A DNA stretch of 64,000 nucleotides, taken from assembly GCF_009914755.1 (NCBI RefSeq), contig NC_060939.1; one strand, written 5' to 3'. This DNA is from the human T2T-CHM13v2.0 reference genome, Homo sapiens. Both the position numbers and the translations under genes were made by a program. Below are positions 31,003 through 44,334 of this stretch, in pieces. The notes under the pieces are model-generated. The model was not told the DNA's origin, did not search any database, and saw only the letters and a list, made by a program, of their open reading frames with translations. Each line of letters opens with the position of its first letter. Within the stretch, counting starts at the first letter, position 1.

Positions 31003-31300
31003 GGTCAGGCATGGTGGCTCACGCCTGTAATTCCAGCACTTTGGGAGGCCAAGGCGGTGGGGATCACAAGGTCAGGAGTTCAAGACCAGCCTGGCCAATG
31101 GTGAAACCCCATCTCTACTAAAAGTACAAAAATTAGCCAGGCGTGGTGGTGCACACCTGTAGTCCCAGCTACTCAGGAGGCTGAGGCAGGAGAATTGCTT
31201 GAATCCGGAAGGTAGAGGTTGCAGTGAGCCGAGATCGCACTACTGACTCCAGCCTGGGAGACAGAGTGAGACTCTGTCTCAAAAAAAAAAAAAAAAAAAA
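31003..31300 (+). mobile_element. AluSg
   Basis: TSD aactacaaat. Confidence 0.92.
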
Positions 31301-31464
31301 CTACAAATCAAAGGCAACAAGGAGACAAGTTAGTAGACGCATAAAATTTTCAGGATATTTTTGCTTATTTCCTGAACTATATTCATAATATTATTTAAAA
31401 TACAAATCTGACACCAGTTAAGTTTTGGGTCGCAGTAAGTAATGCCAGGAAAATTATTAAATAG

Positions 31465-31778
<314 letters not shown>

Positions 31779-32427
31779 GAAATAAAACTTTTCTTATCAG
31801 GTGCAAATAATATTTTAATAAAAATGGAATGTCAGAAATCCCAGAACCCTTTCACAAAGATGGCTAGAGTTAATATTTTTATTCTATAAATTCTGGAGAA
31901 GGACTTTATTTCTCTAGGCACATAAGTCACAAACTGGCTATGATAAAATATAAAAGTAGAAAGAAAAGAGGGAGAGTAAGATTTATTTGTAGCTAGTTGA
32001 TATTTTCTACTTTTGATCATATTAATTCATCATAGTCAAGGAACACAACCCTTTATTACCTTGCAGTGGTAGAAAAATGTGTTGCATCTTCCAAATGTCC
32101 TTAGGCCAATCACTTTGCATTAAAATCCTAATAAACACTGCCTTCTTTCTCCTCTTCTAGGGTAACACATGCCATTATATTTCAGTTTTGCAATGTTATG
32201 GTTGAGACAACCTTGCAATCAATAATGGTTTTACATATCAAGGAACAAAACGAAATCATTTGAAATTGAAAAACAATATAAGTAACAGATAATTCTTGTT
32301 AAAATGGCTGTGTAGGTTCATACTTTGAGGTCACACACCCCAACACATACAAACTCCTGCACCCTTCACACAACAGCGATAGATAAAAAATTAAAAAAAT
32401 TCTTAAAAAAGGAAAATTATAGCTGCC

Positions 32428-33100
32428 ATATTAGTTAGAGTTCAATTGCAGGTATAAAAAAACCTCTAATATTTTAAACAGGATCAGATTTAATATTTAG
32501 GTGCTAACACTTAGATGCTAATAAAATAAATGTAAGAGTTGGAGGAGGAGGTTATAAGCTAGACCTTAAGGAATGTAACTCAGAATCCACACAGAACTGG
32601 CCTGCCAAAGGAACTGCCACCTCTGCCACCATCGGAAAGCTTGAGGAAGCAAGGCACTCCTGTGCCAAGTGCTGGCTACAGGATCACACCTCCTTAGCCA
32701 CAGTCCAGGAATTCGGTAGCCACCAGTGTGATTGCTGTCTCCAAGAACATACTGCCTTAGCTTCAGTTAGATCAATAAGCTCCCACCAGAATTGCTGGCT
32801 CTGAGGAATGCAGCCCATGGCTGCAATTTGGGGATTAGAAACACTGTAAACGCCAAACCACTGGATCTGCATCAGCAAAATGAATGCTCTGTGCCCTACC
32901 ACCCTCTCCCCACTGACTCAATTCTGAATTCAAATCTCATGCAAGTAAATATGATTAATGGAATCGGAATCATATCAGGAACTCTAGAGGTAAGGAAGCC
33001 TAACTAGTACTTTTTACTTTCCAGTCACTGTAGCACAGGAAGGCATACCAGAAGGAGGTTAAAACAGATGCTAAATTAGCCCATCTATCATACATGCCAT
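32428..33100. mobile_element. Old MaLR (MLT1-like) LTR
   Basis: tattagttagagttc...; aattcaaatctcatgcaagt...atgattaatggaatc...tctagaggtaaggaagcc. Confidence 0.45.
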
Positions 33101-34244
33101 ATCCATCAAAATGACAATAAATTATATGATTATATGATAGTAATTATTTAGAATAAATATTTCCAAGGACTATAAATGGAACAGAAACAGAAAGCAGTCA
33201 GTGAAGCCTAATGGGTTCCATATCTGAAAGCAAGCAAAGATGGTCAGGAGTTCAACTTCTGTAGGTCAATGAAAATTTAAGGTGTCTCACTTAAGGCAGG
33301 GGACTGAGGCCAGGCACATTGCTTAAAGCCAGGAAGTGGGCAGCACTCCAGAAATGACACTGGAAAAAGCAGTTATGTCATACTGTACAATAAAACAGGC
33401 AGGAGGCACCAAAATCTAAGCCAGCCACTTGCTAGCTCAGTGGCTAGATATGTACTATTTACCATTATCACAATGATCAGAAATCTGAGTTACCTACAGG
33501 AACCAGATGGAGGCAACCACAAAACTGATAGGCTGGGTAGGATATGATGATATTGGTTAACAACTGTCATTCGAGTTAAGCTTTCAAACCAAAATTCCAA
33601 ATACATGAAAAAAATTAACACCACGATTACCAATAAAATCAACTATTTGGTAGATGAATTCACTCAAGACAAAATGAAAATAATAAAACAATCTGAAAAT
33701 GACCTTAAAATAAGTATTTAGAATTCTCAAAGGATATAAAGGAAAAATAGCCATAAAACATAGAGATTCAAAGTGCAATCTCAGTACCAATCAGGATAAA
33801 CATAAATAAATCACACCTAGACATATTATAGTGAAACTGCATAACATCAAAGTGCCATAAAGAAATATCACCTACCAAAAAACAACAATTAGACTGACAG
33901 CAAACACTTCATCAGCAATAATGGATGCCTTGAAGATAGTGGAGTTATAAGTTTAAAATGTTAGGAGAAAAGAACTCTCAAGCTAGGATTCCATGCCCAG
34001 CTAAGCCATCATAAAGAATGTAGGCAAAATAAAAACATTTTAAAACCTACAATGACCATGTTACACTAACAGACTCTTAGTAAAGAACTGATATATCATA
34101 GAATATACTTCAGAAAGAAGAGCCCAAAGAAGGAAGCAAGACAGGTTGGTGGTCACAGAAACTGATAAAATTTATTATCAAATGCAACCAATTACAGATT
34201 ATAAATAAATTATGATTAAAAGTGATTATGATGAAAAGAAAAGT

Positions 34245-34605
34245 GGCAACATGGATGAACCTTGAAAACATTATGCTAAGTGAAAGAATCCAGGAACAAA
34301 GCCACAGATTATATAATTCCATTTACATAAAATGTTCAGAATAGACAAATCTAAAGAGACAGAAAGTAGATTACTGGCTGCCTATGACTGGGGCGACAGA
34401 GAAGAGAGTGGGGAGTAGGCCAGCACTGTTGGTGAGCACAGGATTTCTTTTAAGGGGGACAAAACTAAGGGGACAAAAGTGTTGTAAAATTAGATCGTGG
34501 CAATGGTTGCACAATTCTGAATATACTAAAAAAATGACTTGTACACTTTAAATGGGTGAATCGTATAGTATGTGTATTGTATCTCAGTAAAGCCATTTTA
34601 AAAAG
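34245..34605 (+). mobile_element. L1MB 3' end
   Basis: catggatgaaccttgaaaacattatgctaagtgaaag...gtacactttaaatgggtgaat. Confidence 0.8.
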
Positions 34606-34748
34606 CGGAACTAGAAAGGAAAAGGGGATGTTCAAATACACTAAGATCCTTTTAAATTTTGATAGAAATTTTTATAATTATTTATGAATGTTAAAAACTT
34701 AGAAATAACAATTACAAGAACAGAAACACCATCTATAGCTCCCCCTCT

Positions 34749-34752
<4 letters not shown>

Positions 34753-34784
<32 letters not shown>
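34753..34784. repeat. (CA)n microsatellite
   Basis: Seen directly. Confidence 0.95.
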
Positions 34785-34786
<2 letters not shown>

Positions 34787-35063
34787 TCTTTCATCTACTA
34801 AAAGACAGAGTCTATGAGACTAAGTTAAAAAAAAATCTTATTGAGAAGCCAGAATAGAAAAAGAAAAAAATCACAAAAATAATTTTTTAATCCAACTATA
34901 CACTGCTTATGAGACATGTCTAAGCCAAAATGATGCAGAAAGTTTGAAAATAGACAGTGAAAAATATATCAGGAAGGTGCAAAAGAAAGCTGGTATAACA
35001 ACATTAACAGACAAAATAGAACTTAAGATAAAAAACAAATTTGGAATAAAAAAAGACATTACA

Positions 35064-35205
35064 GGCCAGGCATGGTGGCTCATGCTGTAATTCCAGCACT
35101 TTGGGAGGCTGAGGGGGCAAGATCACTTAAGCCCAGGACTTGGAGACCAGCCTGGGCAATAAAGTGAGACCCAGTCTCTACAAAAAAAAAAAAAAAAAAA
35201 AAAAA
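35064..35205 (+). mobile_element. FLAM_C
   Basis: Left monomer with A tail; TSD aaaaagacat. Confidence 0.85.
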
Positions 35206-35446
35206 GACATGACATAATGATAAAAAAGAATACTCTTCAAAGAAGCTATAATGAATGAAAGTATACAATTAATAATATAAGCTCTCAAATGCATATGAAG
35301 CAATGGCAGATACAATTAATAAGGAGAGACTGACACAACTAGTCATGATGGGAGACTTTAATACTGTGTTACCAGAAACTCACAGACTAAATGGACAAAA
35401 ATTCCCCAAGGATACAGCAAATCTGAACACAACAGTAAGTCTGATC

Positions 35447-35562
35447 TTATACATATACATATATACACATAAATATATACACATATGCAATACATGTCTG
35501 TGTCTATGTATATATCCACATACATATATGTGTGTATACATATATACACACATATAGATATA
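35447..35562. repeat. Degenerate (TA/CA/TG)n tract
   Basis: Seen directly. Confidence 0.8.
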
Positions 35563-36049
35563 AAACTGTGCTAAACAGAAAAAGAATATACAGTGGCTTT
35601 AAGCACATAAGACATTTATAAAAATTTACTATTGTCTCAAAGATAGTATCAACTAATTTCTAAGAATAATATACTAATCACATTATGCACAATGCAAATT
35701 AGAAATCAATAATAAAAAGTAAACAGAAATAATCATATATAGAGAAAATAACGTACTAGAAAAACTCATAGGGAGGAAATCTAAATAGATATTATGAAAT
35801 ACTAAAACTGAACAACAATGAAATTACCATATAAAAAACTTTGTAAAAATACAACTAAACGTGTAAAGAGGGGTAGTCAAGAAGATAATAAAGATACCCG
35901 TTACCACCACTTCTAAACAACATTGTTTTGGAGGTCCCAGACAATACAATAAAGCAAGAAGAAAAATAAAAGGCACAAGAATTAAAAAAGAAATATCAAA
36001 AATGTCATTATTTGCATGCTATCATTGCTCTCATAAGAAATCCAAGAAA

Positions 36050-36359
36050 GGCCAGGCACAGTGACTCGTTCCTGTAATCCCAGCACTTTAGGAGGCCGAG
36101 GCAGGTGGATCACTTGAGCTCAAGAGTTGGAGACCAGTCTGGGCAACACGGCAAAACCCCAACTCTACAAAAAATACAAAAAAAATTTAGCTGGGTACAG
36201 TGGCACGTGCCTGTGGTCCCAGCTACTCAAGAGGCTGAGGTGGGAGGGTCGCTTGGGCCCAGGAGATCGAGGCTGCAATGATCCAAGATCACATCATTGC
36301 ACTCTAGCCTGGGTGACAGAGTGAGACTCTGTCTCAAAAAAAAAAAAAAAAAAAAAAAA
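36050..36359 (+). mobile_element. AluJ
   Basis: TSD aaatccaa. Confidence 0.92.
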
Positions 36360-37079
36360 TCCAAAAGAATTTACAATTAAAATAAAGAGGATTCAGCAAG
36401 GTTGCTGGATATAAGATCAACTTGTAAAAACTGACAGTGTTCTCTTACATACCAGTAATAACCAACTTAGAAAATGTAATTTTTTAAAAAAAACCAATTA
36501 CAATAGCAATAAACACTACAGGGTAACTGTGGAAAAAATCCTACAAAATGTGTAAAACTGTCAGATGAAAGTACACAATTATATTAAAAACCTCCAAAAA
36601 TAACATGAATGGAGAAATATATTATGTTCACAAATATGAATACTTGATGGATAACCACATCAATTCTCTTCAAATTATGCCAAAAAAAATCAATATTCTA
36701 CAAGGAAATTTTACAGAAGTTGACAAGTTCATTCTAAAGTTGACATAGAAGAATAAATAGCCAAGACAATTTGAAAGAAAAAGACAAAATAATTAAAAGA
36801 GTGTGATACTAGCCCAGGGGTAGACAAACAGATCAATGGACAGGACAGATAATTCAGAAACAGTCAAGTACATACACAGAAATTTGGTTCTAGACAATGG
36901 TGGCACTACAAATCAGGGGGAAATCAGACCACTCAATAAAAGGAGCTAGGATTAGCTATGCATAAGGCAAATTAGATCACTACCATATAACAAAATAAAA
37001 TTGATGGAAGAAAAAAGAACCCTAAATGTGAAAAGCAAAACTGCAGGACATTCCACAGAAATTATAACATTGTGATTCC

Positions 37080-37910
37080 TTTGACTTTCTTACTTGATAC
37101 AATTTCTAGGCTTTAAACTGTCCTACTTGTTCTCCTGAAGGGCACTCTGTACCCAGAACTGAATTCTCCTTGTAATTCGGAAGCTGCAGAGTTAGAGTGT
37201 GAGCATCACTTTCCAAGTGCTGTTATTAGACTTCTGGTGACACAACCTACCTCAGACCACACCAGCTTTACTTATTCACTACAAAATTGGAATGATGAAC
37301 ATTGCACTTGCCATCTATTTAACAGCTAAGTTAACAGCTACCTAACCTCTCACATCCTGGGCTCATTTGTATAGGGTTTTTTTGTCTTCTCCAAGTGTAA
37401 GGCCTTATTCTTACATCTACTCATTGCTGTCATTAAATTAGGCTTGTTGTCCTTGTCTGTGGCCTTTTCCATAATCTCTTTATGTCATCAGATGTATTCA
37501 TTATCCCATCCTGCACTATGTCATTCACAAAATCAATAATCCTGCCTTCTATAGAAGGCTTCATCCAAAGAACTGATTTAAAATGTTGATCAAGAAGGTT
37601 TACATAGAGAACCCTAGAGACATAACAGAAAATGTCCTCTTAATTAATACTGATCCACTTAATTATATTAGCAATCAGTCCATATTTTTCTATCTGGCCA
37701 TCAAAACCCTTATAAGACAAGGTAAAATGTCCTGCTCAGTTTTGGTTTAGCTTTGCTTGTTGCATTTCCATGATCTGCCAATCTACTAAGCTTTTCAAAG
37801 AAGTGAGATAGAAGTGAGATAGTCTGACATCACTTGATTTTAGTGAACACATGGTAGCATCAAACAACTTGTACATCTTCTCTCAGATGCTCACAAACCA
37901 CTCAAAAAAT
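37080..37910 (-). mobile_element. CR1/L3 fragment
   Basis: acccagaactgaat, ttcatccaaagaactgatttaaaatgttga, tagtctgacatcacttgattttagtgaac. Confidence 0.55.
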
Positions 37911-38263
37911 TTTAAGTAAATTCTGAAAAATTAGCACAAGTTACAGAAGAGACCAAATTATAGAGACTCCACACATTCATAACATAATTATTATAGTCTC
38001 TATGGGAAATATATAACTATTGAAAAAACATGTCCACAATATGCAGGCCAGAAAATTTCTTTAAAATCTATCATTCACAGAAAAAGAACTGGTAACGCTA
38101 AGAAATGGAGCCCCCTGGGGTGGAGAGGAATATGGGGAGAGTGATAAATGTAAAAGGATAATAGAGTTCAAAAACATTACTTTGATAGTTTAAATTAAGA
38201 GAAGGCAGACAGGTATACAACTGGGCAAATGCTGTACTTCCTCACAAAAGAAGAGTAAACGTA

Positions 38264-38580
38264 GGCCGGGCCGCAGTGGCTCACACCTGTAATCCCAGCA
38301 CTTTGGGAGGCCAAGGTGGGTGGATCATGGGGTCAGGAGTTCAAGACCAGTCTGGCCAACATGGTGAAACCCCGTCTCTACTAAAATATACAAAAATTAG
38401 CTGGGCGTGGTGGCGCGGGCCTGCAGTCTCAGCTACTCAGGAGGCTGAGGCAGGAGAATCGCTGGAACCTGTGAGGCAGAGAGGTTGCACTGAGCTGAGA
38501 CTGTGCCACTGCACTCCAGCCCGGGTGACACAGCGAGACTCCGTCTCAAAAAAAAAAAGAAAAAAGAAAGAAAGAAAAAG
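38264..38580 (+). mobile_element. AluSg
   Basis: TSD-like taaacgt. Confidence 0.92.
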
Positions 38581-39098
38581 AATAAACGTGTTCAAAATCC
38601 AGATAAGTTATAAAACTCAGCTCCCAAGAAAACATGGGGCACCTATCCCACCTAATCACAAAGGATGTATCAGACACAGTACACCCTGAACACTGAAACT
38701 AGAGAGTAGAAAATATTCTGCTACCTTCATGTAGCCTGCTTTGAAACTGTTCCTCATTTGATCTTCCTGGTGAATTCACACATGAGCACCTAAGAGACTT
38801 ACTTCTATCTGGTTCTCTCAGTGGTCCTCAGACACAAACTTTTCACTTGGGGACTAAGAAACCAGCTATCTACAAAGACATTGTATATAAGGAGATGGGC
38901 ATATAGCCAAAAATTTTCACTGGCCATGAAGAACTATGATATGGAATAAATATTTTGCTACTTAAGGCATCTTTCCAAGGGTTCCATTAATAAGATATTA
39001 TGAGTATTTAATTACAAAAACCCATTCTTTTACATTTCCCAACAAACTATAATAGAGGTATCAGAACGCATTACTAGATGGTAGAAAGTATTATCTTT

Positions 39099-39402
39099 CG
39101 GCTGGGCACGATGGCTCACGCCTGTAATCCCAGGACTTTGGGAGGCCGAGGCAGGCTGATCACGAGGCCAGGAGATTGAGACCATCCTGGCTAACGCGGT
39201 GAAACCCCGTCTCTACTAAAAATACAAAAAATTGGCCAGGCGTGGCGGCACGCACCTGTTGTCCCAGCTACTCGGGAGGCTGAGGCAGGAAATCGCTTGA
39301 ACCCAGGAGGCGGAGGTTGCAGTGAGCCAAGATCATGCCACTGCACGCCAGTCTGGGCGACAGACTGAGACTCTGTCACCAAAAAAAAAAAAAAAAAAAA
39401 AA
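39099..39402 (+). mobile_element. AluSc
   Basis: TSD aaagtattatctttc. Confidence 0.93.
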
Positions 39403-41461
39403 GGAAAAGAAAAGTATTATCTTTCCCTGAAGCTCTATTTCTTGACTGTAAAAGAGAAACGTAAATATACAACACTCAAAAGCTAAAAACAATGCCAGAT
39501 ATTCTGTATAACTATGAAGTCCCTGAGAACTTTTCAGTGTCCAAAAAAGTGGCATTCAATAATTTTTAAATTTTATCTGCTCCATCTGCCAGTGTTCGTC
39601 ATACTTCATTATAGGATTTCCTTCTCGTCTTCTTTTTTTCTAGCATAGCTTCTGCTTAAAAACAAAAGCTTTGTAAGTTGAGGATATCTATAGAGTAGGT
39701 ATTATTTTTATAAATATTTCTTCATCTTTTCAGTTAAAGGCTCATCCGGAAAAGGAACTTGTAAGTAAATAAGTCCAACTCAGCCTCCAATTCTGTATCA
39801 GCTTGTGGTCTGAATGTTCCCTCTTATCTCTTATCCACTGGGTGACAGCTAGGCATGGATAGTGGGTAGAGCCAAGGACACAGTAAATCAGTGAGTAGAA
39901 AAAGGAGTGTGCTCAGGAGTTTCCATCTATTTCATTCACAGGACTCCATGTGATACAAGAGTTTAATCTATAGAGGGTCTTGGGCCCAGAGGACTTTGTG
40001 GTTCAGGGTCCCCAAAGGATCCTAGAATACACAACTTCTCTTTCCAGGGGCACCCTGAGCTAAGTGGTTTCTGTGAACTAGCTTGAAAACCTCATCACCA
40101 TTTAGAATACTGTATCTATTTAAAACACATCTTCCCATAATAAACTGATGTTCAAACACTTGCATAATTCATAAATATGCCATTGTTATACTTAAGATTT
40201 TCCATTCATTTTCTCAAAAACAAAATTCTTCCAGAAGGGGGAAACTGCAACGGAGTGAGTCAAGTCCTTCCAAGCGTTTTAAAATGTGAGAAGATTGAGG
40301 AAACCTGTGCTTGTTCCCTTTCTGTAGCAGGCTGGTCCTAAGTGTAGAAAGCTGGTCCTAAGTGCAGGGTTGGTATGCAGGATAGGAGAAGAAAGGGTCC
40401 TGACTGAAACCTGGCCAGTGCCCAGTATCATAGAGTTACTAATGAATTTGTCCTGATAAAGTGTTCTGGAAGCAGAATGCTCTTATCCTTTTCAGTTTAC
40501 TAAAATTTAAAATTAAAATTTTACACTGAAGTAGAATCCCAGGGGGATATATAAACTACAGCAGCCTATTTCTCTGTTTTTGCTCCTGATGCTGCTTGAC
40601 AGCCCTACCTATAAAAGCCTCCTGCAAACATTTGTCCTGAGGTCCCAGTGCTCCAGGCCATCAGGGAGCTGGCAGATAGCAAAACTGCACAGAACTGAAT
40701 GCACCAGCTACTCATTTCAGTCCAAAATGGGAATGGAAAATGTCTTTTATGACACCATCAACTTAGTGTGCCTGTTAACACAACCACTTAAAATCCTGCA
40801 TTTCTTTAAAAACTCACTATTTCAAGTAAAGTATTACTTTTTACTATTATATTTATTTGAACAGTTGTTTCATAAATGCAGTGTTCTTGTACCAGTGAAA
40901 CTGACAGGGATTAATTGCTGGTATCACTAAGAAAGTTTAGAGGAAGAGGATTTGGGGTTCTAAACTAAGGTTTGACAGGAAAAATTAAATGCAAACTTAG
41001 ATTAAACATACATTTCAAAACACAAAATTTGGAAGTAAAATCCGTTTTGGTGTAAAACTCATTTTGAACAGGACTCCAACTCTAAGAAACCTAACCTTAG
41101 AAGTTGCTTTCAGAGTCTGGAATTTGCTAGCATATTACTCACAGTTACAATTCTGATTACACACTAGCAGTCCAATTTTGTTTGATAAGCAGCAGGAACA
41201 CATGGCTACCAAGGATAATTCTGCCGAACTGAATGAAAGTTTAAGATTTAACACAAGTAATTTAGTGGGCATTATTCGGCCACTAATAAAATATAACTGA
41301 CCCTTTGTCTTTCATTTTAATCATCCTTATTAGAAGAAAAACATATCATACTAAGGGAGCTTACCATATGGAAATGGCAACTTAAACTTGTATGCTGTAT
41401 TAACATGCAGAAATTTAATACATTACATTTTTGCATACTGAGAATGGAATTGAACTTTCAC

Positions 41462-43036
41462 TTTAAACTTTTTAGTTCCAGGATACATGTGCAGGACATG
41501 CAGGTTTGTTACATAGGTAAACATATGCCATGGTGGTTTGCTGCACCCATCAACCCATCACCTAGGTATTAAGCCCCGCGTGCATTAGCTATTTATCCTG
41601 ATGCTCTCCCTTCCCTTGCCATCCCCCAACAGGCCCCAGTTTGTGTTGTTCCCCTTCCGTGTCCATGTGTTCTCATTGTTTGGCTCTCACTTGTAAGTGA
41701 GAACATGTGGTGTTTGGTTTTCTGTTCCTGTTAGTTTGCTGAGGATAATGGTTTCCCGCTCCATCCATGTCCCTGCAAAGGACATGATCTCATTCCTTTT
41801 TATGGCTACCTAGTATTCCATGATGTCTATGTACCACATTTTATCCAGTCTATCATTGATGGGCATTTGGGTTGATTCCATGTCTTCGCTATTGTGACTA
41901 GTGCTGCAGTGAACATACATGTGCATGTATCTTTATAACAGAAAGATTTATATTCATTGGGTATATACCCAGTAATGGGATTGCTGGGTCAAATGGTATT
42001 TCTGGCTCTAGGTCTTTGAGGAATCGCCACACTGTCTTCCACAATGGTTGAACTAATTTACATTCCCACTGACAGTATAAAAGCATTCCTATTTCTCCAT
42101 AGCCTTGCCAGCATCTGTTGTTTCTTGACCTTTTAATAATTGCCATTCTGAATGGTGTGAGATGGTATCTCATTGTGGTTTTTATTTGCATTTCTCTAAT
42201 GATCAGTGATGTTGAGCTTTTTTTCATATGTTTGTTGGGTGCATAAACGTCTTCTTTTAAGAAGTATCTGTTCATGTCCTTTGGCCACTTTTTAATGGGG
42301 TTGTTTGATTTTTCTTGTACATTTGTTTAAGTTCCTTGTAGATTCTGGATATTAGACCTTTGTCAGATTACAAAAACTTTCTCCCACTCTGTAGGTTGCC
42401 CATTCACTCTGATGGATAGTTTCTTTTGCTGTGCAGAAGCTCTTTAGTTTAATTAGATCCCATTTGTCAATTTTTGCTTTTGTTGCAATTGCTTTTGATA
42501 TTTTTGTCATGAAATCTTTGCCTGAGCTTATGTCCTGAATGGTATTGCCTAGATTTTCTTCTAGGGTTTTTATAGTTTTGAGTTTTACATTTAAGTCTTT
42601 AATTCATCTTGAGTTAATTTTTGTATAAGGTGTAAGGTCAGGGTCCGGTTTCGATTTTCTGCATATGGCTAGCCAGTTTTCCCAGCACCATTTATTAAAT
42701 AGGGAATCCTTTCTCTGTTGCTTGTTTTTGTCAGGCTTGTCAAAGATCAGATGGTTGTGGATGATGTGCAGTCTTATTTCTGAGATCTCTATTCTGTTCC
42801 ACTGGTATACATGTCTGTTTTCATAACAGTACCATGCCTTGCAGTATAGTTTGAAGTCGGGTAGCGTGATGCCTCCAGCTTTGTTCTTTTTGCTTAGGAT
42901 GTTTTTGGCTATAGGGGCTCTTTTTTGGTTTCATATGAATTTTAAAGTAGTTTTTCCTAATTCTGTGAGGAATGTCAATGGTAGTTTAATGGGAATATCA
43001 TTGAGTCTGTAAATGACTGTGGGCAGTATGGCCATT
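41462..43036 (-). mobile_element. L1PA8-like 5'-truncated LINE-1 (ORF2 C-terminus + 3' UTR)
   Basis: ggatacatgtgcaggacatgcaggtttgttacataggtaaac...; ORF 41898-42275 translates to the L1 ORF2 C-terminus ([39 protein letters not shown]). Confidence 0.93.
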
Positions 43037-43683
43037 AAGTTGAAAGCATTTTGTCTTTGAACATGACTTAGAAAACAGGTGTTAGACCAGTACAGGTAAG
43101 GATTTTGGTAAGATGGCAGAGTAAGAAGTACCAGGAATCTGTTGCCCCACCTAGACAACAAATCTGTCTGATGTAACTATTTTGGAACTCTGGAGTCTAC
43201 TGAAGGCTTCCAACTTCCAGGGGAAGGCTTGGATGGTAAAGTGTGGTTAATTTTTATAAATTTCAGCTGTTATCACATTAGCAGCTGCCCATTCCCCACC
43301 CCCAGCCCTGTGGCAGACAGCTGTGCACCTACTCCTGGAGCTGCTTGCACATAGCTTGCAGGAGCCAGGGTGGGCAAAAAAAGACTTTGTCCTTCAAATA
43401 TCAGTGATCTGTGCTTTCAGTGCTGATTGCTGCTTCTGACCACAATATCTGTTATGACATTATCAATTTAGTGTTCCCATTAACACCTAACCACTTAAAA
43501 TCTAGCATTTCTTTAATCCAGCATTTCTTCACCAGCTGAAGTGACTTCCAGAGTATTTAATGGGCCCACATCCTTTTTGTTTCCCTCCCTTAATTTTTCT
43601 CTTTTTCCCCTTTTGGAAGTTGGATAATAAAGACTAAGATATTCAAAAGTAAAAATAATAAAATAAGTAAATAAATGAAGATA

Positions 43684-44334
43684 TAGGCATACCTTGTTTT
43701 ACTATGCTTTGCTTTCTTGTGCTTCACAGATATTACTTTTTTTTTTTTTGAGACGGAGTCTCGCTCTGTCCCCCAGGTTGGAGTGCAGGGGCGCAATCTA
43801 GGCTCACTGCAAGCTCTGCCTCCCGGGTTCACGCCATTCTCCTGCCTCAGCCTCCCGAGTAGCTGGGACTACAGGCGCCCGCCACAACGCCCGGCTAATT
43901 TTTTGTATTTTTAGTTGAGACGGGGTTTCACCGTGTTAGCCAGGATGGTCTCTATCTCCTGACCTCATGATCCGCCCGCCTCGGCCTCCCAAAGTGCTGG
44001 GATTACAGGCGTGAGCCACTGTGCCCAACCTACATTTTTTTTTAACAAATTGAAGGTCTGTGGCAATCCTGTGTCAAGCAAGTCTATCAGTGCCATTTTT
44101 CCAACAGCTGTACTTTGTGTCTCTGTGTAAGCATTTTTAGCAATAAAATATTTTAATTACAGTATGTACATTTTAAAAGGCATAATGCTATCGCACTTAG
44201 TAAACTATAGTATAGCATAAACATAACTCTTTTATGCACTAGGATACCAAAAAAATTGTGACTCACTTTATTCCAATATTTGCTTTATTTCAGTGGTTTA
44301 GAACCAAATCCACAATATCTCAAAGGTGTACCTG
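43684..44334 (+). mobile_element. Tigger1 internal-deletion derivative (interrupted by AluY)
   Basis: TIRs taggcatacctt / aaggtgtacctg, TA on both sides; caaattgaaggtctgtggcaatcctg. Confidence 0.88.
43737..44030 (-). mobile_element. AluY
   Basis: ctgcaagctct, ttcacgccattctc, gttagccaggatgg. Confidence 0.93.

Larger units (their letters stand above)
33600..37050 (+). mobile_element. Highly decayed L1ME/MC body with nested elements
   Basis: cacacctagacatattatagtgaaactgc; ttcagcaaggttgctggatataagatcaa; gtagacaaacagatcaatgga. Confidence 0.7.

Noticed and set aside
32060-32127. Minus-strand 68-nt exon candidate (donor AAG|gtaata)
   Set aside because: Weak polypyrimidine tract, frame-shifting, peptide unrecognised.
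40580-40930. 116-aa ORF in unique DNA
   Set aside because: TTG start, no recognisable domain or splice context.
41898-42275. 125-aa ORF
   Set aside because: Decayed L1 ORF2 C-terminus in a truncated L1PA, not a gene.
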